Shown: positions 10,195 through 19,217 of the stretch, piece by piece
Position numbering within the stretch: position 1 is the stretch's first letter
How the letters are laid out: each line of letters opens with the position of its first letter
Assembly (NCBI GenBank): GCA_037128565.1
Contig: JBAXWE010000001.1
Location: 1-54,758 of the forward strand
DNA from: a bacterium
GTDB taxonomy: Bacteria; Chloroflexota; Limnocylindria; Limnocylindrales; Limnocylindraceae
Length of the DNA: 54,758 bases
Direction of reading: 5' to 3'
Program-made: the position numbers and the translations under genes
The notes under the pieces: model-generated
What the model was told of the DNA's origin: nothing
What the model saw: the letters and a program-made list of their open reading frames with translations, nothing else
Databases searched by the model: none

Positions 10195-10941
10195 GTGGCG
10201 AGTCGTAGACTCCTGCCACGAAACGAGACCGTCTTCACTGGGGCGATCGTCGCCAGCGCGCTCGTCCTCGCCCTGCGTGGTTGGCTCCTCTTTCGCAGCG
10301 GTGACAACATTTTGGCCTATGCCGCGGACCCCATCGCCTCAGCCCCAGGAATTCTTGGTGAGCAGCTCGCACTCTCCGTGTTGCGCCTTCTCGCCGTGAT
10401 CCTCGACGTTGCCGCTGGCCTCGCCATCCTCAGTTGGACCGGACGCCTGCAACACGAGGGGCTCCTCTCACGCCGTGAGCGACGTCTCGCCATCCTCGTC
10501 GGGCTCCTGCCGTGGACACCACTCCTGCTGGCGCAGTCCATTGCCGCGCCGCCCGTGGCACTCCTCGTCTTTGCCGGGCATATCGTGTGGGTGGCACTCG
10601 TTGCACTGATCCTCCGCCGCGCACGAGCGGCACAGTTACTCGTGGATGGGACCTTCGCGCGAGCAAGTGCGCTCGCCGCCCTCACTCTCGGCGCCTGGGT
10701 GTTCGGTGGGGCCGCGGCACCTTGGGTCTATGCGCAGCCATCGCTCGGCATCACCGAGGCGCTCAACGCGAACGTACAAGCGCAGCTGCTACAGATCGTT
10801 ACCGCGCAGCGCGTACGTGGCGCGATCATGATCGCCGGCGGCGCTTTTACCTTGGTGGCTGTCTTGCCTCTCATGTCCAGCGTACGCTCAGCGACCGCCC
10901 TGCTTGATAAGCGCCTTGAGCAACTCCGCGAAGAGAGCTAG
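10195..10941 (+). CDS. Hypothetical integral membrane protein
   Basis: Starts 8 nt after the previous ORF. About 6 hydrophobic segments with a C-terminal amphipathic tail (LLDKRLEQLREES). No recognised motif. Confidence 0.55.
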   Translation: MASRRLLPRNETVFTGAIVASALVLALRGWLLFRSGDNILAYAADPIASAPGILGEQLALSVLRLLAVILDVAAGLAILSWTGRLQHEGLLSRRERRLAILVGLLPWTPLLLAQSIAAPPVALLVFAGHIVWVALVALILRRARAAQLLVDGTFARASALAALTLGAWVFGGAAAPWVYAQPSLGITEALNANVQAQLLQIVTAQRVRGAIMIAGGAFTLVAVLPLMSSVRSATALLDKRLEQLREES

Positions 10942-12392
10942 CGGGTCAGTTCGGCGGCTAGCTCCTCAAAGACGCCGAGGTAGTGAGCAGCATCGGTGGG
11001 GGACATCGGCACCGAGAGCGTCCACTCTTCGTCGCGACCCGGCGTGCTGAAGATTCCGCGATTCATGTTCCAGAGCCAGACGAGATCAATGATCTCCTTC
11101 TGCTGGGCGGTCTTGTACGACTCGTAGTCCACAACCTTCGACTGGGCGAAGGTAATGACCCCCTTTGACTCAATTCCTACGGCGTAGGCGGCGAGTTTGT
11201 AGCGGTCAATGATCCCTTGGGCTCCATCGAGGAGCTGGCTATTGAGGCTACCGAGATGCTTGTAGGCCTCCGGGGTCATGACGCGCTCCAGGTTGGCACG
11301 CGCCGCCGCCATGGCGAGCGGGTTCCCATTGAACGTGCCCACCATGTAGACCTCGCCAGAATCAACGAGTGACCACATTTCGTCGCTTCCACCGATAGCG
11401 CCCGTAGGAATGCCCGCACCGAGTGCCTTCGCTAGGCAGACGAGATCGGGCTTGATGCCGAAGAGTTCGGTTGCGCCACCGGCCGCAACCGTGAGGCCGG
11501 TCTTTACCTCATCAACAATCCAGACGACACCGAACTTCTTGGTAATTCGGCGCACCTCTTCGAGGTAGCCAGGCTCGGGCAAGATCACACCGCAGTTCAT
11601 CATCGCGGCCTCCATGATCAAGCAGGCAGGGAGGCGACCCTCACTCTGGAGGGTGGTGAGTCGTCGCTCGAGTACGCCAGCGTCGTTAAATGGCACGGCG
11701 GTCGTCATCTGTGTGACGGAATCAGGGATCCCCTTGCCGTAGGCAATGGACGGATAGTTTTCGCGATCCTTGCCGTCGTAGACCGAGAGGCCAATATCCA
11801 CCATCACGTAGTCGTGGTGGCCGTGGTAGCTACCGAAGATCTTCATCACACCGTCGCGACCGGTGATGCCGCGAGCGAGTCGAATTGCATCCATCGTGGC
11901 CTCGGAGCCAGAGTTCACGAAGCGCCAGCGAGGCAAGCCCCACCGCGCGGCGAGGTGTTCAGCAACGATGTAGGCGTCCTCGGTTGGCGCAGCGAAGTGC
12001 GAGCCGAGGCGGATGCGTCGATCAACAGCCTCGGTGATGATCGGATGCGCGTGCCCCTGGACCATGCTGCCAATCCCGTTGTGCACGTCAAGGTACTGAT
12101 GGCCATCGACATCCCAGACGTATTGCCCCTGGCCGCGATCAAGGTAGATCGGCCACGGTGCGCGCTTCTGGTAGCTCGACGAGACGCCACCCACGAGGGA
12201 GCGTTTGGCGCGGTCGTAGGCGGCCGCTGAGGCCTCGGTGCGGGCGTCGAGGCGCTCGGCCTCACGGGCGGTCAGCTCACGAATGCGGGCAGGGTCAATC
12301 TGGACGGTTGGCCCCATGGGTGGCTCAGCCCGATGGGGAGCCGGTGCCGAGGTTGGCGCGAGGTGCCGAAGCGGAGCGATTGCCATGTCCAT
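10938..12392 (-). CDS. Class III PLP-dependent aminotransferase (glutamate-1-semialdehyde aminomutase-like family)
   Basis: SGSEATMDAIRLARG, FGSYHGHHD and IVDEVKTG (PLP-lysine) motifs. SD GAAGGA lies upstream of ATG 12392; ATG 12386 is an alternative start. Confidence 0.85.
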   Translation of the reverse strand: MDMAIAPLRHLAPTSAPAPHRAEPPMGPTVQIDPARIRELTAREAERLDARTEASAAAYDRAKRSLVGGVSSSYQKRAPWPIYLDRGQGQYVWDVDGHQYLDVHNGIGSMVQGHAHPIITEAVDRRIRLGSHFAAPTEDAYIVAEHLAARWGLPRWRFVNSGSEATMDAIRLARGITGRDGVMKIFGSYHGHHDYVMVDIGLSVYDGKDRENYPSIAYGKGIPDSVTQMTTAVPFNDAGVLERRLTTLQSEGRLPACLIMEAAMMNCGVILPEPGYLEEVRRITKKFGVVWIVDEVKTGLTVAAGGATELFGIKPDLVCLAKALGAGIPTGAIGGSDEMWSLVDSGEVYMVGTFNGNPLAMAAARANLERVMTPEAYKHLGSLNSQLLDGAQGIIDRYKLAAYAVGIESKGVITFAQSKVVDYESYKTAQQKEIIDLVWLWNMNRGIFSTPGRDEEWTLSVPMSPTDAAHYLGVFEELAAELTR

Positions 12393-12512
12393 ACATCCTT
12401 CTCTGCGGATTCCGCAGTGCGGACCGCTGTGGGTACGATTCTAGCACCGTAGAGGCGATCAGGGTGCGGATATCGCAACTCACGAGGGATTTACGCACAA
12501 GGCGTGCGGGGG

Positions 12513-13148
12513 CTAGCGGGTGGCGAGGCGCTCCGCTGCAGCGATGGCGACCAGGCTCTTGGCGTCCACGATGGCCCCTCGACGGACGGCCTCAACCGCC
12601 TCTGCAATGGTCAGCCGAACCGCCTCAATTGCCTCATCCTCGTCGGGGGTGCGGGCTCCCGGGCCAGCCTCCGAGAGGCCCAGGGCGAGGTAGAGCTCCA
12701 TGCGCTCGCTGGTGAATCCTGGTGCGGTAAAGAAGCTCTGAAGGTGACGCCAGGTCGCCGCTCGTAGCCCCGTCTCCTCTTCAAGCTCGCGCTCGGCGGC
12801 GAGCTGCGGCTCCTCTGTGACGCCGCCATGTAGATCAAGCGTTCCAGCCGGCACCTCAAGGAGTAGTTGCCCCACTGCGGCGCGGAACTGGCGAACGAAG
12901 AGCATCTCGCTTGTACGCGTCACGGCCGATTCGCTCGGCGCATCAATTGCGAGGATCGCAACAGCGCCGGGGTGGCCAACGATGTAGCGCACATGTCGGT
13001 CGCCGTTAATGCGTTCAACTGTCGTGCGGCGCCACTCCATGTATGCCGCCTGTACGACAAGATCTGATGCGACGACGATCTCGTCGAGATCACCTGGCTC
13101 AAGATGGTCAGCGAGGCGCGCGCCGAAAACATCATCGCCAAACGTCAT
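12513..13148 (-). CDS. NUDIX hydrolase (ADP-ribose pyrophosphatase-like)
   Basis: Nudix box variant PAGTLD..GGVTEEPQLAAERELEEETGL. Confidence 0.8.
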   Translation of the reverse strand: MTFGDDVFGARLADHLEPGDLDEIVVASDLVVQAAYMEWRRTTVERINGDRHVRYIVGHPGAVAILAIDAPSESAVTRTSEMLFVRQFRAAVGQLLLEVPAGTLDLHGGVTEEPQLAAERELEEETGLRAATWRHLQSFFTAPGFTSERMELYLALGLSEAGPGARTPDEDEAIEAVRLTIAEAVEAVRRGAIVDAKSLVAIAAAERLATR

Positions 13149-13163
13149 ACGAAACAGTCCGTG

Positions 13164-14237
13164 CTAGCGGATTGCGGCGCCGGTAGCCGCATCAAAGAGG
13201 TGCAACTTATCAAGCGCAAGGCCCAACTGCACTTTGGTTCCGTGTGGGATCTTGTGTTCGGAGCCAACTAGAGCGAGCACATCGCCGCTTGGCGTTGAGA
13301 AGTGGAGCAGTTCTTGCGCACCGAGATACTCAACAACGTCAGCGGTGAGTTCAATCTGCGCTGAGCCCTTCTCGGCCTTCCCAAACTCCAGGTGTTCCGG
13401 TCGGAAGCCGATCGTGACGCTGGTGCGCCCCTCAAGCTCCTTCGCGCGCGCGTCACTGATCTCGATGGCGATATCGCCCGCCTTCACGTGGCGGCCGTCC
13501 ACGGTCGCCTCCAACAGGTTCATTGCTGGCGAGCCGATGAAGCCAGCCACGAAGCGGTTGACGGGAAGGTCGTACAGCTCCTGCGGTGTGCCGACCTGCT
13601 GCAACTTCCCATCACTCATGACTGCGATACGTGTCCCCATCGTCATTGCCTCGACCTGGTCGTGCGTCACGTAGACGACGGTTGTCTTGAGGCGGGCGTG
13701 CAGGCGCAGGATCTCTGCGCGCGTCTGCACGCGCAACTGCGCGTCAAGGTTGGAGAGCGGCTCGTCCATGAGGAAGACTGCTGGCTCGCGCACGATCGCC
13801 CGCCCAAGGGCAACGCGCTGGCGCTGGCCGCCCGAGAGCTCCTTCGGCTTGCGGGAGAGGAGCTTAGTGAGGTCGAGGATGGCCGCCGCCTCATTGACGC
13901 GGCGTTCAATCTCGCCCTTGTCAATCTTGCGAAGCTTCAAGCCGAAGGCGAGGTTGTCTCGCACGGTCATGTGCGGGTAGAGGGCATAGCTCTGGAAGAC
14001 CATGGCGATGTCGCGGTCCTTTGGCGCGATGTCGTTAACGACCTTGTCGCCAATCAGCAGGGTCCCGTCGGTGATGTCCTCAAGGCCAGCGATCATGCGC
14101 AGCGAGGTGGTCTTACCGCAGCCCGATGGGCCGACAAGCACCATGAACTCGCCATCGTGGATCTCGAGGGAGAGGTTTTCGACTGCGAGGACCTCGCCGT
14201 ACTTCTTAGAGACACCCTGAAACGTCACCGTTGACAT
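13164..14237 (-). CDS. Sugar-type ABC transporter ATP-binding protein (MalK/UgpC/MsiK-like), no adjacent permease
   Basis: Walker A GPSGCGKTT, signature LSGGQRQR, Walker B FLMDEPLSNLD and a C-terminal TOBE-like regulatory domain. Start moved to ATG 14237 (MSTVTFQGV), which is preceded by GGAGGG. Confidence 0.9.
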   Translation of the reverse strand: MSTVTFQGVSKKYGEVLAVENLSLEIHDGEFMVLVGPSGCGKTTSLRMIAGLEDITDGTLLIGDKVVNDIAPKDRDIAMVFQSYALYPHMTVRDNLAFGLKLRKIDKGEIERRVNEAAAILDLTKLLSRKPKELSGGQRQRVALGRAIVREPAVFLMDEPLSNLDAQLRVQTRAEILRLHARLKTTVVYVTHDQVEAMTMGTRIAVMSDGKLQQVGTPQELYDLPVNRFVAGFIGSPAMNLLEATVDGRHVKAGDIAIEISDARAKELEGRTSVTIGFRPEHLEFGKAEKGSAQIELTADVVEYLGAQELLHFSTPSGDVLALVGSEHKIPHGTKVQLGLALDKLHLFDAATGAAIR

Positions 14238-14331
14238 GTATCTACCCTCCACTGCTGGCTGGCCCCTCTATGGGGGCATCCCGCCGCGCCGCGAGTCTAT
14301 CAGCGTCTAGGGCCGAAGGCGGCGGCTGGTG

Positions 14332-15624
14332 CTACTTCTGGGCGACCCCCGTCGGCATCTCCTTGATCTTCCAGACCGGCCCAAAGAGGAGGGGGACGAA
14401 GGCGAAGCTGCCACCGACGCCGCCGATGATGAGCGCCTCACGCAGGCCAAGGTTGGTGCCGATGATCCCGCCGAGCAAGGCACCGATGGGAATCGTTCCC
14501 CACACGAACCAGCGCATCGTGGCATTCATGCGCCCAGACATCTCGGGTGGGGTGAGCGCCTGGCGCAAGCTGACCTGGTTGATGTTGTACAGGGTGCCCG
14601 ACGCAGCCGCGGCGAAGAAGCCGCCGCCGATGACGAGTGCGTTCAACAGGTCGTTCCCGGGCTGACAGAAGGCGAGTACCACCAGCATCGGTCCGCCCAA
14701 CGGGATGGTGAGCACAATGGTTCGGCCGACGCCGAGCTTCTTCGAGATTCTGTCGGCGAGCACGGCGCTGATGAGCCCACCAGCGGAACCGAGCGTCGTC
14801 GCAAAGCCGATGAGCGCCACGGAGAGGCCGAGTACGTTGTAGGCGAAGAGCATCTCAACGGTTCCAGCAATGCTGCCAAACAGGTTTGAGGTTGCGGTTG
14901 CGCCGCCAATCGTGCGCAGCGCAGGGTGGCCAAAGACGTAGCGCAGTCCAGCGGCGATGTCAGATCGCAGCGAGGCGCGCGGCTTACTCGCAGCTGGTGC
15001 CGCGGCGTCATTCAGTTCGGCGACTGATTCGTGATGGGGTTTGATCGAGAAGATGAAGAGCGCAGAGAAGACGTACGAGATGGCGTCAATCACCACCGCC
15101 GCGGGCGCTTTCACAATGGCGATCAGTGCGCCAGCGAGGCTCGGCCCTAGGAGCCCCGCGGCAGAACGGCTGATTTCGAGTTTGGAGTTTCCCTCGACGA
15201 GATCCTCCTTCGGAATCAGTGATGGGAGGTAGGCCTGATAGGCGACGTCGAAGAAGACGGTGAGGGTGCCGAGCACGAGTCCGACAATCACCAACTGCGG
15301 AATGGAGAGGACCCCAAGCGCGTAGGAGATTGGCAGCGTCAGAAGTAGGAGGGCGCGGCCAAGGTCGCCAACGATCAGGACGCCGCGTCGTGGCAGGCGA
15401 TCGACGAGTGCGCCAATGAGGAGCCCAAAGACTAGGAAGGGGAGGAAATCGGCGAGATTGATCAACGCGATCTCCATTGGGCCGGCGTTGAGCAGTTGGA
15501 TGGCAACGATCGGCATCGCCAGGTTGCTAAAGCTGGAGCCGAAGTGGCTGATCGTCTCGGCAGTCCAGAGGCGGAGGAAGCCCGGGTCGTGAATGAGGCG
15601 GCGACGAGGTGCGGCTGTGGGCAT
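14332..15624 (-). CDS. MFS transporter (EntS/MFS_3-like)
   Basis: 12 predicted TM segments and a DRLPRR loop motif after TM2. Start moved to ATG 15624 (MPTAAPRRR) with AAGGAG upstream, because the longer ORF to 15705 runs through tRNA-His. Confidence 0.8.
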   Translation of the reverse strand: MPTAAPRRRLIHDPGFLRLWTAETISHFGSSFSNLAMPIVAIQLLNAGPMEIALINLADFLPFLVFGLLIGALVDRLPRRGVLIVGDLGRALLLLTLPISYALGVLSIPQLVIVGLVLGTLTVFFDVAYQAYLPSLIPKEDLVEGNSKLEISRSAAGLLGPSLAGALIAIVKAPAAVVIDAISYVFSALFIFSIKPHHESVAELNDAAAPAASKPRASLRSDIAAGLRYVFGHPALRTIGGATATSNLFGSIAGTVEMLFAYNVLGLSVALIGFATTLGSAGGLISAVLADRISKKLGVGRTIVLTIPLGGPMLVVLAFCQPGNDLLNALVIGGGFFAAAASGTLYNINQVSLRQALTPPEMSGRMNATMRWFVWGTIPIGALLGGIIGTNLGLREALIIGGVGGSFAFVPLLFGPVWKIKEMPTGVAQK

Positions 15625-15644
15625 TATGCGCTCCTTTATGGGGG

Positions 15645-15720
15645 TGGGGTGGCCAGAGGGAATTGAACCCTCATCTGCGGCTCCACAAACCACGGTCCTA
15701 ACCATTGAACGATGGCCACC
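15645..15720 (-). tRNA. tRNA-His (anticodon GUG) with encoded G-1 and 3' CCA
   Basis: The reverse complement folds as a cloverleaf: G-1 + acceptor GTGGCCA/TGGCCAC, D stem GTTC/GGAC, anticodon stem GTGGT/GCCGC with loop TTGTGGA (GTG), T arm GAGGG-TTCAATT-CCCTC, discriminator C, then CCA. Confidence 0.9.
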
Positions 15721-15736
15721 AAGTCAGCCGCCATCT

Positions 15737-15767
15737 TACCCTGCGGCGAGGGGGGTGGCGCAGGGTA
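15737..15767. promoter_or_regulatory. Perfect 9-bp inverted repeat TACCCTGCG-N13-CGCAGGGTA between tRNA-His and bioY
   Basis: Read directly from the sequence. It lies about 55 nt upstream of the bioY start, so it could be an operator or a hairpin. Confidence 0.3.
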
Positions 15768-15821
15768 GACTGAAGGTCGGCGACGTCGAATGAGGGCGGC
15801 GCCCGTAGGGAGGGTTTAACG

Positions 15822-16508
15822 ATGCAGATTCGACGCGCAATGCCCGCCATGGGCCGCATCCCCGCCGCCGAGTACGGCGTGACGCTGGGCGACTTCTTCT
15901 TCCCCGTCTTCCTCGGCGAGCGACTCGGCGCGCGACTCCAGGGCCTCGCCCTCGCGGTCGTTGGTGCCGCGATTGTGGCCGCCTCCGCCCAGATCGTCAT
16001 CCCACTCCCTGGCACCCCGGTGCCGATCACTGGGCAAACATTCGGTGTCCTCCTGGTTGGCGCAGCACTTGGCGCTCGCCGCGGCCTCGCCTCAATGGGC
16101 CTCTATCTCGCCCTCGGCATCCTCGGCGCACCAGTCTTCCGTGACGGTAGTCACGGCATTGAGAAGTTCTTCAATACGAGCGACGCAGGTCTGCTGCAGT
16201 TCGCTCCAACTGGTGGCTACCTGGTCGGCATGCTCCTCGCCGGATGGATCGTCGGGCGACTCGCCGACCTCGGCTGGGATCGCAGCGTCGTTGGCACGGT
16301 GGCCGCCATGGCGATCGGCAGCCTGATCATCTACAGCGTTGGCGTGCCATGGCTCGCCGCGTCCGCGCACCTTGAACTTGGCGTTGCAATTGAGAAGGGG
16401 GTCACCCCATTCCTACTCGGCGACGCAATCAAGCTCGCGCTAGCGGCTGGCGTCTTCCCTTCGGCCTGGTGGTATGTGAACCACGGCCGGAGCGACGGTC
16501 CACGCTGA
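15822..16508 (+). CDS. bioY: Biotin transporter BioY (ECF S-component family)
   Basis: IPLPGTPVPITGQTFGVLLVGAALG ... GAPVF ... GGYLVG ... signature of BioY; about 6 TM segments. Confidence 0.8.
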   Translation: MQIRRAMPAMGRIPAAEYGVTLGDFFFPVFLGERLGARLQGLALAVVGAAIVAASAQIVIPLPGTPVPITGQTFGVLLVGAALGARRGLASMGLYLALGILGAPVFRDGSHGIEKFFNTSDAGLLQFAPTGGYLVGMLLAGWIVGRLADLGWDRSVVGTVAAMAIGSLIIYSVGVPWLAASAHLELGVAIEKGVTPFLLGDAIKLALAAGVFPSAWWYVNHGRSDGPR

Positions 16509-16527
16509 TCTAACGGCGACGCACCTG

Positions 16528-18063
16528 ATGCGTCGACCCGTTCGCGCCGCGCTCCTCGCCTTCGACCTCGGCAGTACCTCGGTCAAGGCGCTGCTCCTCG
16601 ACGCGGAATCTGGCGCACCGATCGCCATTGCGCGACGACCAACTGGCAGCGGACCTGACCCCCGCGAACAAGATGCCGACGCCTGGTGGCGCGCGATCTG
16701 TGCCACATCGCATGAGGTTATGGCGCTCGCTGCCTCCCGGGGCACCGATGAGATTGAGGTTCGAGGAATCGGTGTCGATGGGCACGGCCCATCGCTGGTT
16801 CCTGTTCGCGCCGATGGAAGCGCTGCGGGACCAGCGCTGATGTGGCGTGACCGCCGTTCAGCGGATGACGAAGTGGTACTCGCACAGATTCTCGGACGTG
16901 GCGGATGGCTCCTCGGCGAACTCCCGAAGGCGCGATGGCTTCTCCGCGAGCGCCCTGAGGTTGCTGCTGCATCAACGTGGCTCCTCTCGTCGTGGGATGC
17001 CCTCACGCTGCGGCTCTCTGGTGAGGCGGTCAGCTCCTTCTGGGACCCAGCGCGAAGCGTCTCGCCAGCGCAGCGCAGTGCCCTGCTTGCTGCAGGCATT
17101 GACGAGCGTGCACTCCCCCCCGAAGTGTTTCCCGGCACCAGAGTCGGCACCCTGCTCCCTGGCCCAGCGGCAGAGCTCGGCCTCTCGGCTGGAGTGCCGA
17201 TCGCCGCGGGAGCGAATGATGGGCTCGCCGCCATGATTGGTGCGGGCCTTACTAAACCTGGTCTCGGTGTTGATGTGGGCGGCACCGCTGGCGGCGTTGC
17301 GGTAGCGGCAACGAAAGCTGAAGCACAGCGCATCACCGCTGCGCTCCCAGGACGCCTCTGGTCGGGTCCAGCACCTGCGCCACTCGGCGACGGGGTGATC
17401 CTTGGCGGTGCATTCGCCGGCACCGGTCGACTTCTTGAGTGGGTTGTTACGGAGTTGCTCGCCAGCGATCCAGCGGCAGTGCCCGCGCGTCGGGCTGAAC
17501 TCTTCCGTGCCGCCGCCGTTCTGCCACTCGGTGCCGACGGACTCATGGCGAAACCGATCTCGCATCTTGGCTGGAGCAGCCCAAGCTCCGTGAATGATGC
17601 GTTCGATGGGCGAACCAAACAACACACCGCAGCGCATCTCGTGCGCGCAGCCATCGAGGGCGGCGCCCTCGCCGTCGCACACCTACTCGCACCGGCGATC
17701 GAGGCCGGGCTGCAGATCAGCGAGATGCGACTCTCGGGCCCAGCAACTGGCGCTGCTCCGGGGCCACTCTCTGGAGGCGAGCCTGTCCCCGCGCCGCTCA
17801 TCCAGCTTCGAGCGGATCTCTTCGGCATGCCCGTGGTGATTGGCCAGAACGCTGAGGCCTCGGCAGCAGGGGCGGCGGCCCTTGCCGGCGTTGCGGCTGG
17901 GTCTTTTGCCAACCTGCGCGAAGCGTCAGAGGCGGTAGCTCGGCCGGCGCAGCGGATTGAGCCGATTGAAATCGCGCGTGATCACGCACGGGAGCTACTG
18001 CAGAGATACGGCGCGCTCTCGTGCGCAGCAGGGGGGAGCGGCGCGGGTCGCCGCGAGGACTAA
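16528..18063 (+). CDS. FGGY-family carbohydrate kinase (xylulokinase/glycerol kinase-like)
   Basis: N-terminal LLAFDLGSTSVKALL phosphate-1 motif, GIGVDGHGPS, GANDGLAAMIGAG, and a C-terminal FGGY_C-like region. Confidence 0.8.
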   Translation: MRRPVRAALLAFDLGSTSVKALLLDAESGAPIAIARRPTGSGPDPREQDADAWWRAICATSHEVMALAASRGTDEIEVRGIGVDGHGPSLVPVRADGSAAGPALMWRDRRSADDEVVLAQILGRGGWLLGELPKARWLLRERPEVAAASTWLLSSWDALTLRLSGEAVSSFWDPARSVSPAQRSALLAAGIDERALPPEVFPGTRVGTLLPGPAAELGLSAGVPIAAGANDGLAAMIGAGLTKPGLGVDVGGTAGGVAVAATKAEAQRITAALPGRLWSGPAPAPLGDGVILGGAFAGTGRLLEWVVTELLASDPAAVPARRAELFRAAAVLPLGADGLMAKPISHLGWSSPSSVNDAFDGRTKQHTAAHLVRAAIEGGALAVAHLLAPAIEAGLQISEMRLSGPATGAAPGPLSGGEPVPAPLIQLRADLFGMPVVIGQNAEASAAGAAALAGVAAGSFANLREASEAVARPAQRIEPIEIARDHARELLQRYGALSCAAGGSGAGRRED

Positions 18064-19217
18064 GCCTTCCGCTTCGCCTTTGGAGTTGGCTTTGATACCG
18101 TCTTAGCGGTCACCTTCGGCTTTGCGGCACGCTTTACTTTCGTCGCAGCCGTGACGGCACGCGCGATCTCAATTCGTCCGGCTGCGGTCGTTGCCGCAGC
18201 ACCGTCGGCGAGTGGGAAGTGGCAGGCCACGCTTACCGTCACATCGCGCGGGGTGGCAACCAACTTCGGCTCTTCAGTTGAGCACTTTTCAGGGTTGCCC
18301 AGCTGCTCACGCAACCAGCAGCGCGTGCGGAAGCGGCAACCCGATGGCGGCGAGATCGGCGACGGAATCTCGCCTTCAAGGATGAGGCGGTCCTTGGTGT
18401 TGTGTGCCTCAACCTTTGGCACTGCAGAGATCAGCGCCACCGTGTACGGGTGTTGCGGCTTGGTGAAGACGCGATCCACTGGACCGATCTCGACGACCTT
18501 CCCGAGGTACATCACGGCGACGCGGTCTGAGAAGTAGCCAACGACGTCGAGGTTGTGGCTGATGAAGAGGTAGGTAAGCCCCTTCTCGTTGCGGAGGTCA
18601 GTGAGCAGATTGAGCACCTGGCTCTGAATCGAAACGTCGAGTGCGGAGACCGGCTCATCAAGCACGATGAACTCTGGATTCACCGCCAAGGCGCGGGCGA
18701 TGCCAACACGTTGTCGCTGGCCACCTGAGAACTCGTGGGGGTAGCGCGACGCATAGTTTGGATCGAGCCCAACAAGGTCGAGCACCTCGCGCACACGCTT
18801 CTCGCGGGCGGCATGGTCGCCGAGCTTGTGGGCGAGGAGACCCTCTTCGATCTGATCGCCGATCGGTAGTCGCGGATTCAGCGAACCAAATGGATCCTGG
18901 AAGACGATCTGCATCCGCTTGCGCAACGCTCGGCGCTCGGCGGCGGAGAGCTTCTTGATCTCACGCCCATCAAAGCTGACGGAGCCAGCCGTGGCAGGCT
19001 GCAGGCCGAGGGCAACTCGACCGAGGGTCGTTTTTCCCGAGCCCGACTCGCCAACGAGGCTCAGGGTTTCGCCCCGAGCGACAGTTAGGTCCACGCCGTC
19101 AACGGCACGAACGGCGAGCGCCTTCCGGATTAGCGGGATGCCACCACGTACTGGGAAGTGGCGCTTCACGTCAACGAGTTTGAGTAGCTCGCGCGTATCT
19201 GCAGGCTTACCACTCAT
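18060..19217 (-). CDS. Oligopeptide/dipeptide ABC transporter ATP-binding protein (OppF/DppF-like) with Lys/Ala/Pro-rich C-terminal tail
   Basis: Walker A GESGSGKTT, FSGGQRQR, VLDEPVSALD and the Cys-containing Opp C-terminal domain (SGCRFRTRC). The tail reads TKVKRAAKPKVTAKTVSKPTPKAKRKA. Confidence 0.9.
   Translation of the reverse strand: MSGKPADTRELLKLVDVKRHFPVRGGIPLIRKALAVRAVDGVDLTVARGETLSLVGESGSGKTTLGRVALGLQPATAGSVSFDGREIKKLSAAERRALRKRMQIVFQDPFGSLNPRLPIGDQIEEGLLAHKLGDHAAREKRVREVLDLVGLDPNYASRYPHEFSGGQRQRVGIARALAVNPEFIVLDEPVSALDVSIQSQVLNLLTDLRNEKGLTYLFISHNLDVVGYFSDRVAVMYLGKVVEIGPVDRVFTKPQHPYTVALISAVPKVEAHNTKDRLILEGEIPSPISPPSGCRFRTRCWLREQLGNPEKCSTEEPKLVATPRDVTVSVACHFPLADGAAATTAAGRIEIARAVTAATKVKRAAKPKVTAKTVSKPTPKAKRKA

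Noticed and set aside
15625-15705. 5' extension of the MFS ORF (MVRTVVCGAADEGSIPSGHPTPIKERI)
   Set aside because: It is the translation of tRNA-His read as protein. An internal ATG 15624 with an AAGGAG SD gives a normal MFS N-terminus.
15645-15821. Integrated mobile element at tRNA-His or tRNA-Ser (49348-49620)
   Set aside because: There is no integrase, recombinase or phage gene next to either tRNA. I saw no direct repeat of the tRNA 3' end by eye in the flanks, and the neighbouring genes have native codon bias.
16440-17912. 490-aa minus-strand ORF (Ala/Arg/Ser/Pro-rich)
   Set aside because: It is fully antisense to the FGGY kinase gene, which has clear family motifs. The composition is typical of a high-GC shadow ORF, and it has no motif and no SD.
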